DNA of 64,000 nucleotides, from positions 32,001 through 96,000 of the IMG/VR virus record IMGVR_UViG_3300036861_000610, one strand, 5' to 3'. This DNA is from a virus. The notes beneath the pieces were generated by a model that worked only from the letters and a program-made list of their open reading frames with translations, did no database searches and was not told where the DNA came from. Below, in pieces: positions 59,396-64,000 of this stretch (its first letter is position 1; each line of letters starts with the position of its first letter). Made by a program: the position numbers and the translations under genes.

Positions 59396-60090
59396 TGGCA
59401 ACAGTTTGTTTCACCCCATTCAAGATCCCGCGGATCCGGGTGACGCGGCTGAACTCGTGCGGCCAGGTCGTTACGGGTAGCTGCTCGCAGGTCGTGTCCG
59501 ACGGCATCATTTCCATCGAAATGACGAAGAACTACGAGGACCGTGAAGAGTTCTTCGTCAAGAACGGTGACGGTACGTTCTGTGTCCGTGAGACCAACCC
59601 GCCGATCCTGAAGTGGATCGACTTGGTCATCACCCTGTGCAATATTGACCCAGACATCGTCAACATCGTCGCGGCTGAACCGTTGTACACGTCTAACGAC
59701 ACTGCGGCCACAAAGATCGGTTACTCGACCGACGAGAACTCGGCCCAGAACGTGAACTTCAGCCTGGAGGGTTGGACTCGTCTGGCCAACACGGCGACGC
59801 TGTGCACGGGTGGCCAAGAGTATGGATACTTCCTCTGGCCGTGGGTCGTGGAGGGCACGATCGGCGACATGACGTTGGAGAACGGCGTCGCCAACTTCAC
59901 CATCAACGCGCGTACTCATGGCAACTCGCTGTGGGGCGTTGGTCCATACAACGTCGACTACAGCGATAACCCAATCGGGTCTACGACGCCGGTACCGATG
60001 AACACACCCATCACATCCACGCAGCACAGCCGCATGTTTATTACGCGGCTGCCACCGCCAGCGGCTAGCTGTGGCTGCGCAGCAGTGTAA
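59395..60090 (+). CDS. major tail protein
   Basis: RIRVTRLNSCG, KNGDG.FCV, YGYFLWPW, WGVGPYNV. Confidence 0.78.
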   Translation: MATVCFTPFKIPRIRVTRLNSCGQVVTGSCSQVVSDGIISIEMTKNYEDREEFFVKNGDGTFCVRETNPPILKWIDLVITLCNIDPDIVNIVAAEPLYTSNDTAATKIGYSTDENSAQNVNFSLEGWTRLANTATLCTGGQEYGYFLWPWVVEGTIGDMTLENGVANFTINARTHGNSLWGVGPYNVDYSDNPIGSTTPVPMNTPITSTQHSRMFITRLPPPAASCGCAAV

Positions 60091-60112
60091 CGGAAACATC
60101 AATGAACTTTTA

Positions 60113-60171
60113 TTGCTTGCGCAAGCAACTTTTTGAGCAGGACAAGCTCATTTAGTTGCTTGCGCAAGCAA
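60113..60171. repeat. two perfect 16-bp palindromes TTGCTTGCGCAAGCAA
   Basis: 60113-60128 and 60156-60171 in an AT-rich intergenic gap. Confidence 0.9.
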
Positions 60172-60203
60172 CAAGTTTTTCAAGGAAGAGGGGGTGAGTC
60201 GAT

Positions 60204-61403
60204 ATGGCCAGGCTTCTCTACGCAGATCCGGGATCGCAGTTGGTCTACCGACCCATTGGCTCATCCCTAAGGTCGGCAATCGGCAGCCAGGCCATCGTGT
60301 ACGCCGACGATGCCGCCACGGTTCTGGCTGATATCGCTGAGTACGATCCACTGAACCCTTCGACGCCGGGTCCGGTCATTCTTGACTCGACGCTGACCGT
60401 GGACAGTAACTCACTGCTGCCTTGGTTTTGGGGCCCGCTTGCCGGCACGGATACGTTGTGGGTGGTAGCGGACGGGGGGCCGATCGCACAGATCAATGCC
60501 TATTACGATCCGCGCATTGATGCCGCAGCAACAAACGCCGCTTTAGCTGCTGAAACTTCAGCTCGCGTAGCCGGCGACGCAGCAAGATTGCAGATCGCCA
60601 ATAACCTCTCCGACGTTGCATCGACGTCCTCGTCGCGAACCAATCTGGGGCTTGGTGGGGCCGCGGTCCTTAATGTCGGCACTAGCGCCGGAACGGTCGC
60701 GGCCGGCGACGACTCGCGCATCACTGGCGCCATCCAGTCTTCCATCGCTGATGCAAAAGGCGACCTGATCGTCGGTACGGCCAATGACGCTGTAGCCCGA
60801 TTTGCCGTAGGGACACCGGGCTATGTTCCATGGGCTGATCCGGCCGCTACTCCAGGAATCGTGTGGTTGCCCAGCGATCCGGACGCCCTCGCGGCAGGCA
60901 CGACCACCATGGATCGGCGCTATGCCTCCGGCACTGTCAGCGTTACGAGCCAACAGATGCGGTTGTCCTTCTTCACTGCACCACGAGCCGAGACGATTTC
61001 TACTCTTGCTGTGGCTACGGGCAGCACTGCTGCTGCGGCAACACCGACGCTGTGTCGCATGGGTATCTACTCCGTTGCTGGTAACGGGGATCTAACCCTC
61101 GTCGCTAGCACAGCCAACGACACGACCTTGTTTGCGTCTGCAAGCACCCGCTATTCGAAGGCGTTGTCGGCCAGCTACAACGCGATCCTCGGCCAGCGGT
61201 ACGCCCTGGCGGTACTGGTCGTTACTGGCGTCGCCACTCCAACCCTCATTGGCTTCAGCCTGAGTTCCGCGATGAACGTCGCTTTGACAACTAGCCCACG
61301 CCTAACGGCAGTCGTGGCTGGTCAGGCCGATCTTCCGAATTCAGTCCTGTCGGCTTCTCTTGGCACCTCTAACGCTGCTCCGTTCGGGGAGGTGCTGCCG
61401 TAA
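60204..61403 (+). CDS. virion fibre/decoration-like protein
   Basis: NNLSDV..SRTNLGLG.AA..NVGT.AGTVAAGDDSRI; AKGDLIVGT. Confidence 0.65.
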   Translation: MARLLYADPGSQLVYRPIGSSLRSAIGSQAIVYADDAATVLADIAEYDPLNPSTPGPVILDSTLTVDSNSLLPWFWGPLAGTDTLWVVADGGPIAQINAYYDPRIDAAATNAALAAETSARVAGDAARLQIANNLSDVASTSSSRTNLGLGGAAVLNVGTSAGTVAAGDDSRITGAIQSSIADAKGDLIVGTANDAVARFAVGTPGYVPWADPAATPGIVWLPSDPDALAAGTTTMDRRYASGTVSVTSQQMRLSFFTAPRAETISTLAVATGSTAAAATPTLCRMGIYSVAGNGDLTLVASTANDTTLFASASTRYSKALSASYNAILGQRYALAVLVVTGVATPTLIGFSLSSAMNVALTTSPRLTAVVAGQADLPNSVLSASLGTSNAAPFGEVLP

Positions 61404-61404
61404 A

Positions 61405-62247
61405 ATGCCTATTCCAGCTGGGAGCATTCCCGCCAATCTGCCTGGGATGACATGTACGTGGCCCGACGTCGGACTCCAGTTGTGCTGCGAGGACTGGGAC
61501 ACGTACAGCGAGTCGCTGCAGACGCAAGCCACGGATTACGCGAGGATGATTCTGTGGGCTGCCACCGGCCGCCAGTTCGGGCTATGCGAACTGACCGTCC
61601 GGCCTTGCGGCAAGTTCTGCGAGAACTGTGATGGTGGGGGCTGGTACTACGACGGCATGGGCGCCTGGATCCCATATATCAGTAACGGCCAATGGTTCAA
61701 TTGTTATTGCGGCAATAACGGACCCGGAGGCTGCTGCACCTGCTCCCCTGACTGCCAGGTATACCTCCCAGGCCCTGTGTATTCCATCACTTCTGTGCGG
61801 ATTGGTGGCGAGAGTCTGATCGTCACCGGTGGCAGCGAAATTTTCGTGCTGGATCAGCAGTGGCTGGTCCGTGTCGACACCTCAAAATGTTGGCCCCAGT
61901 GTGCCGACCAGAACAAGCCGCCGGGTGACGCCGACGCCTTCGAGGTGACCTACCTGCGCGGACTGCCAGTCCCTGACGCCCTTGCTCAGGCCTATGCATC
62001 GCTCGCCTGCGAGTACGCCAAGGCCTGCCTCGGGTTGGTGTGCCGGCTGCCGTCACGAGTCTCTTCGATCAGTCGCCAGGGCGTAACCATATCGATGGTC
62101 GATGTCGCCGAACTGCTCCGGAACGGGCTAACAGGACTCTGGGAAGTTGACCAGGTCATTTTGGCTCTCAATCCGTACGGCCTCAAAGGCCGTACGCGTT
62201 TCTACTCCCCGGAGCTAATGGAACCTCGCCAGATTACTTTCCCGTGA
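61405..62247 (+). CDS. head-to-tail adaptor
   Basis: LWAATGRQFG.C..TVRPC; CRLPSRVSSISRQGV; TGLWEVD..NP. Confidence 0.78.
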   Translation: MPIPAGSIPANLPGMTCTWPDVGLQLCCEDWDTYSESLQTQATDYARMILWAATGRQFGLCELTVRPCGKFCENCDGGGWYYDGMGAWIPYISNGQWFNCYCGNNGPGGCCTCSPDCQVYLPGPVYSITSVRIGGESLIVTGGSEIFVLDQQWLVRVDTSKCWPQCADQNKPPGDADAFEVTYLRGLPVPDALAQAYASLACEYAKACLGLVCRLPSRVSSISRQGVTISMVDVAELLRNGLTGLWEVDQVILALNPYGLKGRTRFYSPELMEPRQITFP

Positions 62248-62257
62248 GGAAGCGGAC

Positions 62258-62815
62258 GTGACTGAACCCGCCCCAGATCTTGCTGAGGTTCTCATGGACA
62301 AACTCCTCGAATGTCTGTGCACCTACTCGCAGGCGGCCGAGGGGGCGCCAGCCCATTGTTGTTTCCGGGTGGGTACCGAGATTGCTCACGACGCCGGCAT
62401 CCTGGAAGATCAGTGCTGCGAAGGTATCGCCTATGTCGCCCTTGGTGACACCTACCCTTCCTCAGACTCGTTCCCGGAGCAGGATATTGTTCGGCAGGCA
62501 GCCGCCCACTGTGCGCCACCGACTTGGGCCCAGGCGTTTAAGGTGGGAATTATCCGATGTGCCCCCACCGGGAACCAGTTCCTGCCGCCCAGCTGCACTG
62601 ACTGGAATGCGGCAGCCCGACAGAACATCATCGACGCCAAGACGCTGCGCCAGGTGGCCTGCTGCATGCGCGACTTCGTGGTGAACAACGACAATCTGTT
62701 CTTCGGTATGTCGTTAGTGATCGAGCGCCAGACGCAGGGCAACCCGCAGGGCGGGTGCGTCGAGCGGTCCATGACCCTGACCGCCCAGTTCCCCAATTAC
62801 GACTGTGCCTGCTGA
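62258..62815 (+). CDS. tail completion/terminator-like protein
   Basis: VGIIRC.P; GNPQGGC; position. Confidence 0.6.
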   Translation: MTEPAPDLAEVLMDKLLECLCTYSQAAEGAPAHCCFRVGTEIAHDAGILEDQCCEGIAYVALGDTYPSSDSFPEQDIVRQAAAHCAPPTWAQAFKVGIIRCAPTGNQFLPPSCTDWNAAARQNIIDAKTLRQVACCMRDFVVNNDNLFFGMSLVIERQTQGNPQGGCVERSMTLTAQFPNYDCAC

Positions 62816-63294
62816 TGGGTGAGTACCAGGTCTACCAGGTGCGGCTGCGGGCGCAGACCATGTTCATTGCTCGTCGGCAGGCCGAAAAGGCACTGAGGGC
62901 GATGCAGGATGAGGCGAAGGCGAATGCAAGCAGGGGCCCGTACAGTAATGGGCGCCTGGCTGAAAGCATCTACCGCTCGGGGCCGCGTGTGGTGGGGTGG
63001 AGTGCCTCGGGATCAGTTGGCAGCCGACTGTCCTACGCCAAAATTGTAGAGAAGGGCGCCAAGATACACCCCATCTTCCCGAAGGGTGTCACCGTCTATC
63101 GTTTCGGGAAAGTGTCCCGGCCGGCATTGAAGTTCCAGTGGCGTGGACGGACTGCGTACTTCAACCAGATCCCTGGCGTTCCCGGGACTATTGGTCGGTC
63201 GCATCCGGGGCAGCCCGGAAAGCACTACCTTGCCAGGGCCCTTCTAAGCGTGGCGGCACGGTACAACCTGCGGGTTATCGTTCGCGACATCTAG
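62815..63294 (+). CDS. HK97 gp10-like neck protein
   Basis: GRLAESI, YA..VE.G..H.I, HPG...YLARAL. Confidence 0.7.
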   Translation: MGEYQVYQVRLRAQTMFIARRQAEKALRAMQDEAKANASRGPYSNGRLAESIYRSGPRVVGWSASGSVGSRLSYAKIVEKGAKIHPIFPKGVTVYRFGKVSRPALKFQWRGRTAYFNQIPGVPGTIGRSHPGQPGKHYLARALLSVAARYNLRVIVRDI

Positions 63295-63304
63295 TATCGG
63301 GCGC

Positions 63305-63658
63305 ATGACCACTCCTGATCCTGGACGAGAGACGCAGCCCGTTAATGTGCACGGACGTACGGTCATCGTCAGAAAGCTCCTCGACACGCAGATAATGCTC
63401 CTGGCCAGAGAGGCCAAGATTCTGCAGCGCGACGACATCAGCAACACCCGCAAGCTCGATGGAATCGACCGGATGTTCTCCATTCTGGAGTCGGTCGTCA
63501 TCTCCGAGGACGACCAGATGTACATGCAGGACCTCATGGTGAAAGGCGAGCTAGATCTCCGTGAGTTGATCACCTTTGTGACTGCATTCAACACCGACGA
63601 CGACGGCGTTGAGAAGCCAGCTCGGGTGCGTCGTGGCCGGACGCCGGCCAAGCGGTAA
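63305..63658 (+). CDS. probable tail assembly chaperone
   Basis: Size and position in tail module. Confidence 0.55.
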   Translation: MTTPDPGRETQPVNVHGRTVIVRKLLDTQIMLLAREAKILQRDDISNTRKLDGIDRMFSILESVVISEDDQMYMQDLMVKGELDLRELITFVTAFNTDDDGVEKPARVRRGRTPAKR

Positions 63659-64000
63659 CCGTCCCAGCTCCGGCGGATTGCCCACGGAACTGTCGACGGC
63701 ACAAACGAGGCCTGCACCCACGCCCAAGCTGAATGTCGACCCAGTGTGGTCGCTGAAGCCATGGCCGGCGACGGTGCTTCTTGGGGCCGTAGAATTCACG
63801 ATCCCCGCCATGGCGGCGGCGGACTGGCTCGCGTATCTGATGCAGCCAGCTCCCGACATCGACGGCATGATCTTGGACCTTTTCGACGGTGGTGAAGAAC
63901 TTCTCTACACCGAAAAAGTGACGGTCGAAGACCTATACGAAACATGCCTTGAGCTGGTTGCCATGGTGTGTGCTCGGCCGTGGTGGGTAGCCCTTCGGCA
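63633..64000 (+). CDS. tail-module protein (partial, runs off window)
   Basis: Open frame ...FTIPAMAAADWL...RPWWVALR. Confidence 0.6.
   Translation, partial: MAGRRPSGNRPSSGGLPTELSTAQTRPAPTPKLNVDPVWSLKPWPATVLLGAVEFTIPAMAAADWLAYLMQPAPDIDGMILDLFDGGEELLYTEKVTVEDLYETCLELVAMVCARPWWVALR

Noticed and set aside
63600-63660. Programmed tail-chaperone frameshift
   Set aside because: No clear slippery heptamer; the downstream ORF has its own possible GTG start

Overview
GC-rich segment of a large actinobacterial tailed phage or prophage. Left end: a ParB-like gene fragment, a small ncRNA cluster and the terminase large subunit. About 4-29 kb is an accessory block, mostly on the minus strand, dedicated to translation and RNA. 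It holds about 50 tRNA genes covering all 20 amino acids, including an amber CUA tRNA and several non-canonical folds (51 with the isolated tRNA-Arg at 1.1 kb). It also holds anticodon-less tRNA mimics, a tmRNA-like RNA with no message domain, Ro60/TROVE preceded by five tandem Y RNAs, vWA, RlaP nucleotidyltransferase, Nudix and P-loop kinase genes, six stand-alone DnaJ-type zinc-finger microproteins and an orphan FxSxx-COOH RiPP precursor. The tRNA array appears built like an rRNA operon: promoter, leader-peptide attenuator, boxA-like site, and a ~22-bp complementary stalk whose arms lie 14.3 kb apart. From 29.8 kb, plus-strand virion genes follow: portal, MuF-like protein, protease-like genes, a 6683-aa polyvalent protein (degenerate ART, histone-H1-like repeats, GrpE-like and three zincin domains), capsid hexamer/pentamer, tail and head-tail genes. 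All calls come from reading the sequence by eye; no searches or folding programs were run.
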